Below, one piece after another: positions 25,860-43,177 of a DNA stretch of 64,000 nt. Within the stretch, counting starts at the first letter, position 1, and the number at the start of each line of letters is the position of its first letter. The stretch comes from Eledone cirrhosa. Lineage: Eukaryota. A program made the translations under genes and the position numbers. The stretch covers positions 4,402,001 to 4,466,000 of the forward strand of contig OZ024757.1 in the NCBI GenBank assembly GCA_964016885.1, read 5' to 3'. The notes beneath the pieces are model-generated. The model saw nothing but the letters and a program-made list of their open reading frames with translations, was not told the DNA's origin and made no database searches.

Positions 25860-28550
25860 TATAATAAACAATACAATATAATTACCTCATTACCAGAGGT
25901 TTCCCGAATAAGACGAGTACGAAAAATGTCCTCATTTGTTCGTCGGACAAGGCAATTTAAAACATAGTGAAATATTTGGAAAGTCTCCTCAAGAAATGCG
26001 AAAAATATATAAATAAAAGTAATGCAAGAGATATTAAAAAAATATATAAAAGAATATATAAAAAATAAATTAAAAAAATATAAGGAAATATATTTAGGTT
26101 ATGTGTATATGTATGTATATACACTCACAAATATACATATGTGTATATCTACAATTGTAGATGTGTATGGTGAAAATGTGTGCGTAAGTACATATATGAG
26201 GGCAAGTATATTTGTGTATATGTGACCACAAATACGTATATAATATGAGTTGAAAAAGAAAATGATAATATAGTTGACACAGGTATAGTAGGTATATAGT
26301 AGATACAGGTATTAAATACACATGCGAATATGAAAGCACGCGTATAAACACACACACACCAGTGGTCACTTATATGCGGAAGATAAAGAGGGAAGGGAGT
26401 GTAATAGTAAAAAGAAGTGTCATTCTCGATATATGTATAAAAATGAAACAATATATAAGAATGAAAAAAATGTTTTAAATCAAAGAGAAAGTAATCAATT
26501 AACACTAGAGAAAAGAAAACAAACATAGGTACGCACGTGCATACACATATATCTATAAACAAATATTTATACACACAAATACGTAAAGACAAAAGCGCAT
26601 GCATGCGTACATACATACACACGAGCACGTATATATATATATATATATATATATCGCCCCATGTATATCTAATCACACGTACGTACGAGACTATATATAT
26701 ATATATATATATATACACATACACATACACACCCATACATACATATATATATATATATATACACATATACATACACATTCACATACATTCACCCGCATAC
26801 ACACACACGTGAAAATAAGAATGTAAAAAACATAGTTATAAAAAAAAACAGATATAAAAGCACACATACACACACATATATATACGTACGCACGCACACA
26901 TACGGGGGCGTTCGTATACATATACAGAACGTATACACACATAAGCACATTCAGACACATAGATACAGATTATAAATCAGCCAAATGAATAAATGAGTAC
27001 AAATATAAAATCGGCCGCGAAACAACAGAATATATCTGGAGTGGAAAACGCAAATGACATACAAAATCAGGTAGTGAAAGAAAAAGGGGAAGGAAAATAT
27101 GGAATGTGAAGGTATTAGGTAAGTGAATCGAAAAGTAGAGTGGGGTACTGGTGGATGTGAAGTAAAAATAAAAATAAAATTTAAAATAAAGTTTAAAATG
27201 AAAGTAAATCAGAAAGAGAAGTCTGTAAAGAGAATAATTTAAGGAAAGTGAAGAATAAGAGTTTATGGAGGATAAGTATCTGAAAGTGAGTTAAGTTTAT
27301 ATGAGCTGGAAAGCAAGTGTGATTTCATGTGTGGGCAACTGGTGAAAATTTCTGTTTTTGTATTTAGGCAGGTTTTTGGTGATTTAAGGTTTTGTAAAAT
27401 CCAATATTTTTCAATTATGCAGAGTGTGCATCTTCTTGTTCCTCTTGCATATTCTTTAGATTGGTTCAAAATTGACCAATCCAATTTATATTGGATACCT
27501 TGGTCTTTCAAATCCCATATTCTGCTAGCCAGTGCTGTTGTGAGTCTTTTTTCTGGATGTCGGAAAGATGCGACACGCGTTTTGAATTTGTCTTGTGTCA
27601 TACCCACATATCATTCGCTGGTGGCTGGTTGGGTGTTGTTGATGGTTGTCACTTTAGCCGCATATACAATGGCTTTGGTGTTGTATTTACCTTGTAATGG
27701 GCATTCACTTTTGACTATACAGGAGCAATTTTGATGTTCTCTGGGTGATTTCTTATTGATGATATAAGATTTAATAGGGGGACGGCAGGAGTAGCTAATT
27801 TGGACACAGTTTCTATTGAAGATCTTATAGTATCTATGTGTTCTAGGGAAATGTTTATCTAAGAGCTCTAGGAATTTTTTGCCTACATTAGTTTTAACTG
27901 CTAGAGAGTAGGGCGTGTGAACCAGATCATTTTTCTTTTTATATTATTATGTTTAAAAGAGTTAGTATTGTTGGGTATGTACTTAATCGGTTCGCTAAAT
28001 CCGCTATTTTGAAGGGCTTTATTATAGTAGGGGGATGCCTTATTGAAAATAGCTTCTGGGGAAGAGAGGGTGGAGATCCTACGGCTAATATTAGGGATAA
28101 GGTTTTTAAAAACTATAGGAGGATGGCAAGAGTCTTTATTTATATATTTAAAATTTTCATTAGGTTTATGGTATGGTTTATAAGAAGCAGTAGGCAAATC
28201 TAGGTTTATATCTAGAAAATTAACATTGGAAAGGCTAGTGTCAATAGTAATTTTAAGATTAAAACTAGCGAAGGTTTTTATTAAGTCTTTCCTTAATCTA
28301 TCTAAATTATGGCCTATGGTGGTATGGGAAAGTATTAGACCATCGTCGCGATAAAGCCCAAAAATATGGTTAGGGAATTTTTCTTTAAGTGTGTGTAGGA
28401 GGAATAGACCTAGATTTGCCTACTGCTTCTTATAAACTATACCATAAACCTAATGAAAATTTAAAATATATAAATAAAGGCTCTTGCCATCCTCCTATAG
28501 TTTTTAAAACCCTTATCCCTAATATTAGCCGTAGGATCTCCACCCGGAAA
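25860..28550 (-). mobile_element. Decayed Naiad-type PLE
   Basis: FGLYRDDG (about 28350), YKPYHKPNE, CSC..CPLQG, YVGMT..FKTR, CTLCIIE, CPH. A short inverted duplication (28405-28545) marks the 5' end. Confidence 0.85.
25885..25952 (-). ncRNA. Hammerhead ribozyme (U4C)
   Basis: CCTTGT-CCGACGA-acaAATGAGGAC..GTCTTATTcgg-GAAA-CCTCTG-GTA-ATGAGG. Confidence 0.7.
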
Positions 28551-28581
28551 CTTCAATACACATATATACATATATATATAT

Positions 28582-31967
<3,386 letters not shown>

Positions 31968-32027
31968 TTGTTTCGACACACGATTTCATATAAAAAACCT
32001 CGCAAAACTAATTCATCCCCGCTATAT

Positions 32028-32194
<167 letters not shown>

Positions 32195-32341
32195 AATTAA
32201 AATACTAGAGTGTGTTGGAGTTAAACACCCTCTTCGTATTATAGAAATGACAGTAAAGGTATAGCTCAATGTAATTAAACAGAGCCGAAGAATTAGGAAA
32301 ATATACCAAAGAAGCCTTCAATACATCAAAAGTCTTTATTA

Positions 32342-32379
32342 GCCAACAATGTTTCGTCCTATTAAGGACTCATCAGGGC
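32342..32379 (-). ncRNA. Type I hammerhead ribozyme, family E
   Basis: GCC-CTGATGA-GTCCTtaatAGGAC-GAAA-CATT-GTT-GGC-tAATAAA. Confidence 0.88.
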
Positions 32380-35300
32380 AAGTAAAGCTATAAGAAGCAC
32401 TATCGGCCAATACAAACCAAAAACTCAGAAGAATATGGAGTATACATACATTAAAGCATAGGAAAATTATCGAGTAAAAATTATCAAGTAAAAATTGCTA
32501 AGGAAGTGAATAACATTTTGAACCATATTACAAATATAGTACAATGCAAAAACTAAAGCTAAACACAGGTGGTGATATAAAGTGAGAATTATTGTACTAT
32601 ATATAATATAATATAATATAATATAATATAATATAATATAATATAATATAATTGATAATGATAATAATAATAATATTAAAAGGCCCAACATACATATATA
32701 TATATATACATATGTACACATATATACATATATATCAATACACATTTCCATCAATACAAACACAAACTAACACTTATTAAGAGTTTAAATATAAATAAAA
32801 ATAAAAATAAGACTAAAAATAAAAATAAAAATAAAAATAAAAATAAAAATAAAAATAAAAATAAAAATAAAAATAAAAATAAAGATAAAAATAAAAATAA
32901 AAATAAAAATAAAAATAAAAATAAAAATAAAAATAAAAATAAAAATAAAAATAAAAATAAAAATATAATACATATATTATTTACAGTAGAAAATGATGAA
33001 GAAATGAGTAAAAGTAAACAATATATAATATACTATATAATTATATAATTAATAATCTCCGGTTAATTTGCACAAACAATATAAATATTACAATAATACC
33101 ATAATAACAATATTATAATATATTGGCATATAACTTAACAAATCATATAGAGTTACACACAGGGTGAGAAAAAATATCATACAGAACTAAATTGTGTTGA
33201 AAAAATTGTGCTGGAAAAATATCTATACCGTTGCAAGAAAACAGATGGAGGTCAAGTTTTTATACAATTGGTGTAAATAAATATTATCTAAACATTACAA
33301 AAATTATAAAAATATAAACATATGACAGAATTTACAAAATTTAACATAAGGGTACATCTAATAATCGGTAAATATTTAAGATCAATAGTACGTTTACAAA
33401 GAGTGATATGATATAACAACTTCAATATCAAATAATGAACATAGTATAATATACATAATTACATGGTTGGTAGACAGACATTTGTGAATAAGTGAATAAG
33501 AACCAGACAGAAACTACGCACGGTAGTAAAAAATATAAATAAAATCAACCGGAAATCGAAAAACAAAAACAAAAATATTTACTTAGGTGTAACATGCAGT
33601 TAAGTAAAAAAAATTAGGAATCAAACCCGGATAAATGACTAGAAAACCCTATTAAATTAATTAATACTGAAAGTATTTAAAATACATAATATGTCAATAC
33701 AAAATTAGCTATGGTTTAAGTAATCAAAATCTCATAAGTTTAAGATATCTCAATAAAAATATCCAGAATAGAATGAAATATTCTACTATCAGTTGAATAA
33801 CGTTATCTAATAAACGGACTTTAAATAGAACTATGGTAGGCTAATGGGGACAGAAAAAAGAAATGTATGGAGGATACGAAGGAGCATAAAATCATAATCA
33901 ATATACTGTATTATACAATAGAAAGTAGCATAAAAGGGAATTGAATATAATTATAGTATAATTGAAGGGGCGAATGACAAGTGTGTGCGTGGGGGGAGGG
34001 GGAGGGGGTTAATTATCTAAATGAGAATCCAAATAAAATAAAATAAAATAATATAAAATAAAATAAAATAAAATATATCATCAGATATAAACTCATAAGG
34101 TGTTAATAATGAAAATATAATATTTAAGAAGATAGATATGGTATGGTAGCCAAAATACTATGAAAGCTAGATCGAAAAGCTGTTAAAAACCAATAATAAT
34201 AATGATAATGATGGTGGTAAACAAAATGAACCTAAACAAAAAAGATAAGGGAATATAGCAGCTAATGGATACAATTTACACTACCAGAACCTTTAGGTTT
34301 ATAATAAAAGTAAGAATTAGAAATGGCGTGGGGGCAAGAAGAGAATATCTCAGACTTTCTATTAAGTAAGATTTCCCTAGAGAAAATTATAGAGTGGGTC
34401 TCAAGGATACAGAGATTACAAAATTTAGTGTGTGTTGATAGGTTATTAGAGTGTGCTATTAGGGTGGTTAGAATTGGAACTAACATAAGAGAGTATTTCA
34501 TTAGGCTTATGGAATGGTTTAAAACTATTAGTGACCAAGTCCAAAGTCACATCTAAAAAGTTGACCGCTCTATCATTTCAATATATCGTGATCGAAAGGT
34601 TAAAGCTTTTAAACAACTTATAAAGCTTCTTCTTATTATGCTCGATGTTGTTGGTGCTAGAGTTAATCACAAACAATGCATCGTCACGATAAAGTCCGTC
34701 TTTAAGGTGCGGAAAGGTAACATACAGTTCATTTAGGAGGAACAGCCCAACAAGATCAGTTACCTGGGCCGAATCACTTGAACCCATTGTAACGTCGAAA
34801 TTGTTGGGCGTGTTTTTACGGGTCCAAAATGTATCCTCAAAATTGATAGTTCTACGGGCTGCTAGTATAATATCTACCTGTGATCGTGTAAGGCTGGACA
34901 CTCTCATGGCCATCATTAAGGCTTTATTAAGGAGGATGGGTGAAATCGATGTGTAATATTGATCTTAAATATTTACCGATTATTAGATGTACCCTTATGT
35001 TAAATTTTGTAAATTCTGTAATATGTTTATATTTTTATAATTTTTGTAATGTTTAGATAATATTTATTTACACCAATTGTATAAAAACTTGACCTCCATC
35101 TGTTTTCTTGCAACGGTATAGATATTTTTCCAGCACAATTTTTTCAACACAATTTAGTTCTGTATGATATTTTTTCTCACCCTGTGTGTAACTCTATATG
35201 ATTTGTTAAGTTATATGCCAATATATTATGATATTGTTATTATGGTGTTATTGTAATATTTATATTGTTTGTGCAAATTAACCGGAGATTATTAATTATA

Positions 35301-36003
35301 TAATTATATAGTATATTATATATTGTTTACTTTTACTCATTTCTTCATCATTTTCTACTGTAAATAATAATATGTATTTTTATTTTTATTTTTATTTTTA
35401 TTTTTATTTTTATTTTTATTTTTATTTTTATTTTTATTTTTATTTTTATTTTTATTTTTATTTTTATTTTTATTTTTATTTTTATTTTTATTTTTATTTT
35501 TATTTTTATTTTTATTTTTATTTTTATTTTTATTTTTATTTTTATTTTTATTTTTATTTTTATTTTTATTTTTAGTCTTATTTTTATTTTTATTTATATT
35601 TAAACTCTTAATAAGTGTTAGTTTGTGTTTGTATTGATGGAAATGTGTATTGATATATATGTATATATGTGTACATATGTATATATATATATATGTATGT
35701 TGGGCCTTTTAATATTATTATTATTATCATTATCAATTATATTATATTATATTATATTATATTATATTATATTATATTATATATAGTACAATAATTCTCG
35801 CTTTATATCACCACCTGTGTTTAGCTTTAGTTTTTGCATTGTACTATATTTGTAATATGGTTCAAAATGTTATTCACTTCCTTAGCAATTTTTACTTGAT
35901 AATTTTTACTCGATAATTTTCCTATGCTTTAATGTATGTATACTCCATATTCTTCTGAGTTTTTGGCTTGTATTGGCCGATAGTGCTTCTTATAGCTTTA
36001 ATT

Positions 36004-36041
36004 GCCCTGATGAGTCCTTAATAGGACGAAATATTGTTGGC
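36004..36041 (+). ncRNA. Type I hammerhead ribozyme, family E
   Basis: Inverted partner of 32342-32379. Confidence 0.85.
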
Positions 36042-36114
36042 TAATAAAGACTTTTGATGTATTGAAGGCTTCTTTGGTTTATTTTCATAATATATATATA
36101 TATCCATATACATA

Positions 36115-37985
36115 CAGATTTTGAGTTTATGTTGGTTGTATATCAACACCTCAGTATGCAGGCTGGAGCACTCGACGAAGTGCGCAGGTTGGTTTGGTTA
36201 CTCCGGAGTAGTGTAAAATAAAGTCAAATAAAAGTCAAATGATTAAAATTTAGCTTCGTTTATTACTGCTATATATATTTCAATGACAGCCATATTTGTC
36301 TGTGACCTCTTCAGGCAGTTTGAATTAGTATGGTATAGACAAGTTGAGGTGTATATATTGTCAATACTCTGATATGCCCAGTTCCTTGTTGGGTTGTTAT
36401 TTCACTGAGGAACTGGAGTCATATGAATTCAAACAAACGAATTTCAGTGTCAAAGGTCCTCTTCTCTTCTCATTGGTCAGTTATTAGAACATTCCTCATT
36501 CTAAGTGTTGTTATTGTTGGAGTTAGTTTACAAAATTGATAAAATGGTAGAAGGGACAAGGTGTTAAAGGAACAAAATAACAAAAAAAGTGTCAAACTTC
36601 CCATTGGTCAGTTCTGAGAGCATTCCTCAGTCAGAAGTCTATAGAATTCTTTCTGGGGCGAGGCTCCCTGTAGCCGGGACCTTTCTCAAGATATATGGAC
36701 AGTAGCAACAAAAGAAGATGTGAACTCCCCTCAAGCTATAGGAACTTCTACAGAACATGAAAACACCTCTCAGCCAGACCTCCCTCAAGCTATATGGGCA
36801 GTAACAACACCCTAGGTTGTGAACTCCCCTCAAGCCATAGGGAACAACCCAGGCTGAGCATACACCGTGATAGCCTAGAGATAGAATCGGACACAGCCAT
36901 TATAATTTGGCCAACACAAACACTTTTTAATTTACTAGATTTCTGATTTTCAAGTTCCAATTTTAAATCTTGATTTCTCTTTATTAATTTGTTATTTGTT
37001 TTCTGCCCTCTTCACTGTATCACCTTATATTTATTTTTAAGTTGAGATTGATTATAACACAAACACATTTAGTTTGATTATCTTATCTTAACATCTTTCC
37101 TCATACCAATCTATCCAACATATTTCTGACCTTGAGATTGGTTATAGCACACACACACTTTATCCTACATTATTTTTCACTTCTCCATATTCATTTTCAT
37201 TACCTTTTCACCAATTTTTCATTTATTCTTTATTCTCTATTTATTTATTTATTTATTTTCAAATTATACAAATTATATTAATTATTTTATTATATTATTT
37301 ATTTATTTTCTGTTTTCTTCATTTATTGCCTTATATTTCTTCATATACATGGAAGAACCCCCCCCCCCCCACTATGAGAGATGGTGGCAGAAGGGATGAA
37401 GAAAAAACACCACACACTGGATACTTCTAAATTGTTAGCAGCAGCAAGATATAAGCTGACCACAACACCAACAACACTACCAAAATAATGGTAGAGGTCA
37501 AATGTACTGAACAATAGCAAGCAAAAAGACTACAGGGAGCCTCACCACAGATAGAATTCTATAGACTTCTGACTGAGGAATGCTCTCAGAACTGACCAAT
37601 GGGAAGTTTGACACTTTTTTTGTTATTTTATTCCTTTAACACCTTGTCCCTTCTACCATTTTATCAATTTTTAAAACTAACTCCAACAATAACAACACTT
37701 AGAATGAGGAATGTTCTAATAACTGACCAATGAGAGGAGAAGAGGACCTTTGACACTGAAATTCGTTTGTTTGAATTCATATGACTCCAGTTCCTCAGTG
37801 AAATAACAACCCAACAAGGCATATCAGAGTATTGACAATATTATACAGCTCAACTTGTCTATACCATACTAATTCAAATTGCCTGAAGAGGTCACAGCCA
37901 AAGATGGCTGTCACTGAAATATATATAGCAGTAATAAACGAAGCTAAATTTTAATCATTTGACTTTTATTTGACTTTATTTTACA
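36115..37985. mobile_element. Non-coding fold-back relative of the family B Naiad 3' region
   Basis: Homologous to 10500-11480. Arms at about 36215-36650 and 37552-37985. HHRs at 36265-36319 (-) and 37878-37932 (+). Confidence 0.8.
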
Positions 37986-37988
37986 TAT

Positions 37989-38040
<52 letters not shown>

Positions 38041-38379
38041 ATATATATATATATATATATATACATACATATAAATATATATATATATATATATATGTAT
38101 GTAGAAGTTCTATTTAAATTGTTGGGATACAACAAGCAAATATTTTTATAACTGATATAAATCACTCAACAAATTATTGGAGTAAAATACGATATATTAA
38201 CAAATGCAAACTATATTTATAATATAATTATAATATATTATATATATATACATGTATATATATATATACATGTATGTATATATATATACACATGTATATA
38301 TATGTACATGTATGTATATATATATACACATGTATATATATGTACATGTATATATATATATACATGTACATATACATAT

Positions 38380-38708
38380 GGAGGCACATGGCTTTGTGAT
38401 TTTAGCATTGGCCTTGCAATCGAAAGGTCCTGAGTTCAATTCTCAGACCGGGTCATGTGTTTTTTCCTTGAGCAAGACACTTTATTTCACATTGCTCCAG
38501 TTTACTCAGCTGTAGAAATGAGGTGATAGGACCGGGGTCCCTATCATTCCACTGCAAAGTGGTCGAGGAGGTGCGACGGCAAAAAAAGCACCCAGCACTC
38601 ACTGTAAATGAGGATGGTGTTAGGAAGGGCATCCAGCTGTAGAAATCAAACAGAATCAGTTCCCGTCCCACCCTTGCAAGCAGGGAAAAGCGGACGTAAA
38701 ATGATGAT
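38380..38708 (+). mobile_element. tRNA-head SINE with RTE-derived bipartite tail
   Basis: Box B GAGTTCAATTC and central ccttgagcaagacactt..ttgctcca. aaaagcacccagcact..ggtgttaggaagggcatcca matches RTE 20943-20978. The tail gcggacgtaaaatgatgat matches the RTE 3' end (24175-24200). Confidence 0.8.
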
Positions 38709-38903
38709 ATATATATATACGTATATATACATATATACATATATATACATATATATCTACATATATATATACATATATATATATATGCATATATATATAT
38801 ACATATATATATACATATATATATATACATTTATATATACATATATATATATACATATATATATATATACATATATAATTATATTTATATATATATATAT
38901 ATA

Positions 38904-39492
38904 AACGGAAAAAATGAAACGAAATTTCATTTCCCACTCTTAGTACGGCTGTTACTTAAAAATAAGTATGTACACATACATACATTATGTATACAGACGT
39001 ACAGTAGTAAGTATATATATATATACATACATGCACATATATATATATATGTACGTATGGATTCACCGAACATTTATTATAATGCTCGGTGTGTTTGTAA
39101 ACAAACATCCCGTATTAAGCCGTAGTGTCCAGCAACCATCGTTGCTCGTTGCACTGACAAAGGAATGCTGTACCAGTTTCAAGTTTATTAGCTATCGTCA
39201 GCAACGTATACCTTCCTGCCAGGTTGTTGCCTTATGCATATTAACGGCTGAGTAGCCCAATTTGCATATCGAGTGGGTTAATCGGCCGGGTGCACCGAAA
39301 ATGATGAACGGAAAAAATGAAACGAAATTTCTTTCCCACTCTTAGTACGGCTGTTACTTAAATATAAGTATGTACACGTACATACATATATGTATACAGA
39401 CGTACAGTAGTATGTATATATATATACATACATGCACATATATATATATATGTACGTATGGATTCACCGAACATTTATTATAACGCTCGGTG
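38904..39492 (-). mobile_element. Family D retrozyme-like element, about 1.5 units (about 403-nt unit)
   Basis: Reverse complement of the 24909-25700 family. Redundancy at 38904 and 39307. HHR at 39165-39207. Confidence 0.8.
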
Positions 39493-39494
39493 AT

Positions 39495-39537
<43 letters not shown>

Positions 39538-39601
39538 TAAATACGTAAATATTCTATGTATATATATAGAATATATATATAGAAAATTTAAATACGTAAA
39601 T

Positions 39602-39655
<54 letters not shown>

Positions 39656-39869
39656 ATTTACGTATCGAGAGAGAGAAGGAGGGATAGGCGATACATGTAG
39701 TTATTTGCCAATAGCGTATGCAGAGGTTGCTCAATACTAGTGCCGGCAGTATTAAATATTAGGTGTTAATATTTAGTGGGCGAGAGAATTAGCAGAGCGG
39801 AAGCATGTGGAGAAGTAAATAAAGGAGAACAAACCGTTAAAACATGTTTATTTAAGATAGCACCTACGT

Positions 39870-42552
39870 ATGTTTCGCCCGAATGGGCTTCTCAAGGGCA
39901 TAAACAACAAAAAAGCGTTCCTTACATGACCCGGAATGGGTATCAGCCCATCCATCAATGCACAGAAATGGAAGATCCAATTCATTGAGGATTGGGTTGG
40001 TAACCATCCATTTCACATCCCCTTCTTCATTCTTACTGAGACCCACCTTGACAACTTCCATTTGGTGGCCGAAGTAAGAGTGGGGAATTTCACAACCATC
40101 CGTGCTAATCGTGTTGGCAGAAGGAAGGGTGGAACTGCCATTTTCCTGCATGATTCCTTTATGGCAGATGGCAACACAACATTCTCTAATGGATACTGTG
40201 AATCAGTCACTGTGCACAATAAAGCCAATGATCTGACATTAGTTGGCATCTATAGGTCACCAAAAACATCCATAATCTGCTTCAAAGAATGCCTCAACAG
40301 TATTAAATGCTTTATTAAACAGTGCCATTCTAGCAACATACTTTTGATGGGAGACTTTAATCTACCCTGTGTCGGTTGGTCTACATGTAGTTTGAAACCA
40401 GGCTCCACAGCCTCAACCACTGACAAAGAAGCAGTCGAGTCTCTTGACTTCAAGAATGAGTTTTTATTGTCCCAACTTGTCCTTGCACCAATAAGGCATC
40501 AGAAGAACATTCTGAATCTAGTGTTTAGTAACCACACTAACACTATCCATAATATTACAGTGGAAAAAACCCTTCTCTCAGACCATGACATGGTTCTTTG
40601 TAACCTGAGATGCCACCAGCCGAAAGCTAATCCCAGGGTCCTCTTTCCAGCCCACCCATTTGATAACATGGATCTCTACAATGCCACCTGGCATGCTATT
40701 ATGAACGAACTATCACATGTTGACTGATCTTTTACACAAGCACACATTTCTACCAACATCAAAACATCTTGGCATATCTTTGTAGACACTGTCACAAATA
40801 TATGTACAAAACACACCCCACCAAAATCTGTGAACAAAACTAAGTGCAGTATCCCCAAAAACAGAAAAAACAATTATCAGAAAAAAGAACAAACTTAAAA
40901 ATTAGCACACTAAAATACTGCCAACAGCAAGACACACATTTGATGGCTACCGCCCTGCTTGAATCAGAAAAGTATAACCTCCAACAATGCATGATGACCA
41001 TCATCAAAAACCAGAGAACAGCTGAAGAGAGGTGGGCCATTGAGAAAATCAAACTCAACCCACAAGTGTTCTTTGCATTTGCTAAAAAACACAAGGCCAC
41101 TGTCTCCACTGTTGGCCCCCTAGTTGATGAAAATGGCACACTCCAGGACAATTCCAAAACCATGGGCGAGATACTGCAGAAACAATACTGCTCTGTTTTC
41201 AGCAACCCTGATATGGCTGATCTGGGCCGTATCAGTGAGGTTAATCCCCAACACACTATATCAGACATAACGTTTGGCGCCCCTGATGTCTTAGCGGCAA
41301 TAAACGAAATTAAACACAATTCAACAGTAGGCCCCGACAGGTTGCCTGCTTGTATTCTGAAGGTGTGTCGACACCAACTTGCATCTCCTGTTGCTAATCT
41401 GTGGAGGAACTCAGTGGATACTGGCTATATTCCTGAAAACTTTCTGTCCCATTCCGTTGTCCCAGTCTTCAAAAAGGGAATTAAGACCTTACAGTGAACT
41501 ACTGTCCGATCTCACTCACCTCTCATATTATCAAGTTATTTGAAAGGGTGGTGAGATCACGAATAACCCACTTTCTTGAAAGCAACGGCCTGCTGAACTC
41601 CAACCAGCATGGGTTCCGTAATGGAAGGGACTGTCTAACGCAGCTCCTGCATCACTTTGACGATGTTTTGAGAGCCTTGGGAGAGGGCCCCAACACTGAT
41701 GTCATCTACCATTATTTCAGCAAGGCCGTGGATTGGCAGTATCGGTAGAGGGTCGGACGCCATGCTTTGACGCATAGAGTTACGGCCCTTGCCATTCTGA
41801 GTTCAAATCCAGCCGAGGTTAATTTTGCCTTTCATCCTTACGGGGTCGATAAAATAAAGTACCAGTAATGTACTGAGTAATTTCTGGCCTTGTGGCAATA
41901 GTAGAAACAATTATTTCAGCAAGGCCTTTGACTGTTATCATTCTCTTCTCCACTTTTGCCCGACCCCACCTTGAATACTGTTGTCCACTGTAGTCTCACC
42001 ACACGAAACAAAGTATCATGAAAGTTGAAGCCCCCCCCCCCCCCAAAGGTCAATTACAAAAAAGATAGTTGGCATGACAAGCCTTGACTATGGGGTCGTT
42101 TAGAAAAGCTTAAACTTTATTCTCTTCAACGTCGCCGTGAGCGCTACATTATCTGCATGATGTGGAAAATATTCCATCAGCTTTGCCCGAATGATGCTGG
42201 CATCACCTTTAATGTACACCCAAGGCTTGGGTCCCGTGCTATCCGCCCACGACAAAAATCTCACTCGCATCTCATAACAACAATACAGCACAATTATTTC
42301 ACCTGAATAGGCTCTGCTCTCTTTAACATTACACCAAAACACATCAAGTTCGAGAAGTCTTTGGAGAAATTCCTTCAAGAAATCACGGATAAGCCTCCTA
42401 CACGCAGATATGCCTCCGTAAACCATAACTCTCTGCTCGAGTGGGCCATGGTGCCCAAACACTGATTTGTAAGACTTCGCCAGGTGGTGCTATTAAGTTA
42501 GACATTGCCTGGGCCAATACTGGCCGAATCCTATCAAAGTTATCAAGGTTAA
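39870..42552 (+). mobile_element. Decayed CR1-group LINE (APE plus partial RT, internal deletion)
   Basis: LTETHL, GIYRSP, MGDFNLP, LSDH, PISLTS, NQHGFR. The RT core is deleted at about 41932 relative to the copy at 54328. SINE inserted at 41728. Confidence 0.88.
41728..41912 (+). mobile_element. tRNA-derived SINE with target-site duplication
   Basis: Boxes A and B present. Flanked by atttcagcaaggcc (41714-41727 and 41913-41926), which is single-copy in the sister LINE at about 54471. Confidence 0.88.
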
Positions 42553-42570
42553 GCATATATATAAATATAT

Positions 42571-42652
<82 letters not shown>

Positions 42653-42655
42653 AAT

Positions 42656-42688
<33 letters not shown>

Positions 42689-42785
42689 AATATATATATA
42701 CATATATATATACATATAAATGTACATATATATACATATACATATCCATATCCATATCCATATACATATTCATATACCTACATAT

Positions 42786-42874
<89 letters not shown>

Positions 42875-42875
<1 letters not shown>

Positions 42876-43005
42876 ATGATTGTTTCTACTTTAGGCACAA
42901 GACCATCAATTACCCAGTACATTACTGGTACTTTATTTTATCGACCCCGTAAGGATGAAAGGCAAAGTTAACATCGGCGGGATTTGAACTCAGACTGTAA
43001 AGGGA
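42875..43005 (-). mobile_element. 5'-truncated SINE
   Basis: Reverse complement of the SINE body and box B. Confidence 0.8.
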
Positions 43006-43126
43006 CGATATATATAGTAATAATAATAAATTTGAAGACTAAAATTCAAAGAGGGCTCGATAAGGATAAATATATATCAAATATATAAGAACCGTAGAGC
43101 AAATATTTATTAAAATAACAGATTAA

Positions 43127-43177
43127 AGTTTAAGCAAAGAATCGCTGCTTTCACCCTTAACGGGATCTTCTGAAACT
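43127..43177 (-). ncRNA. Hammerhead ribozyme, U4A variant, family F
   Basis: AGTTT-CAGAAGA-tCCCgttaaGGGt-GAAA-GCAG..TTG-CTT-AAACT. Confidence 0.75.

Larger units (their letters stand above)
32292..36090. mobile_element. Fold-back Naiad-type PLE remnant
   Basis: Arms of about 1.1 kb at 32292-33386 and 34957-36090, both including (TAAAAA)n. The centre has minus-strand RT (FDVTMGSSDSAQVTDLVG, GLYRDD) fused to the GIY-YIG C-terminus (CNLCILE, CPH). Confidence 0.88.
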
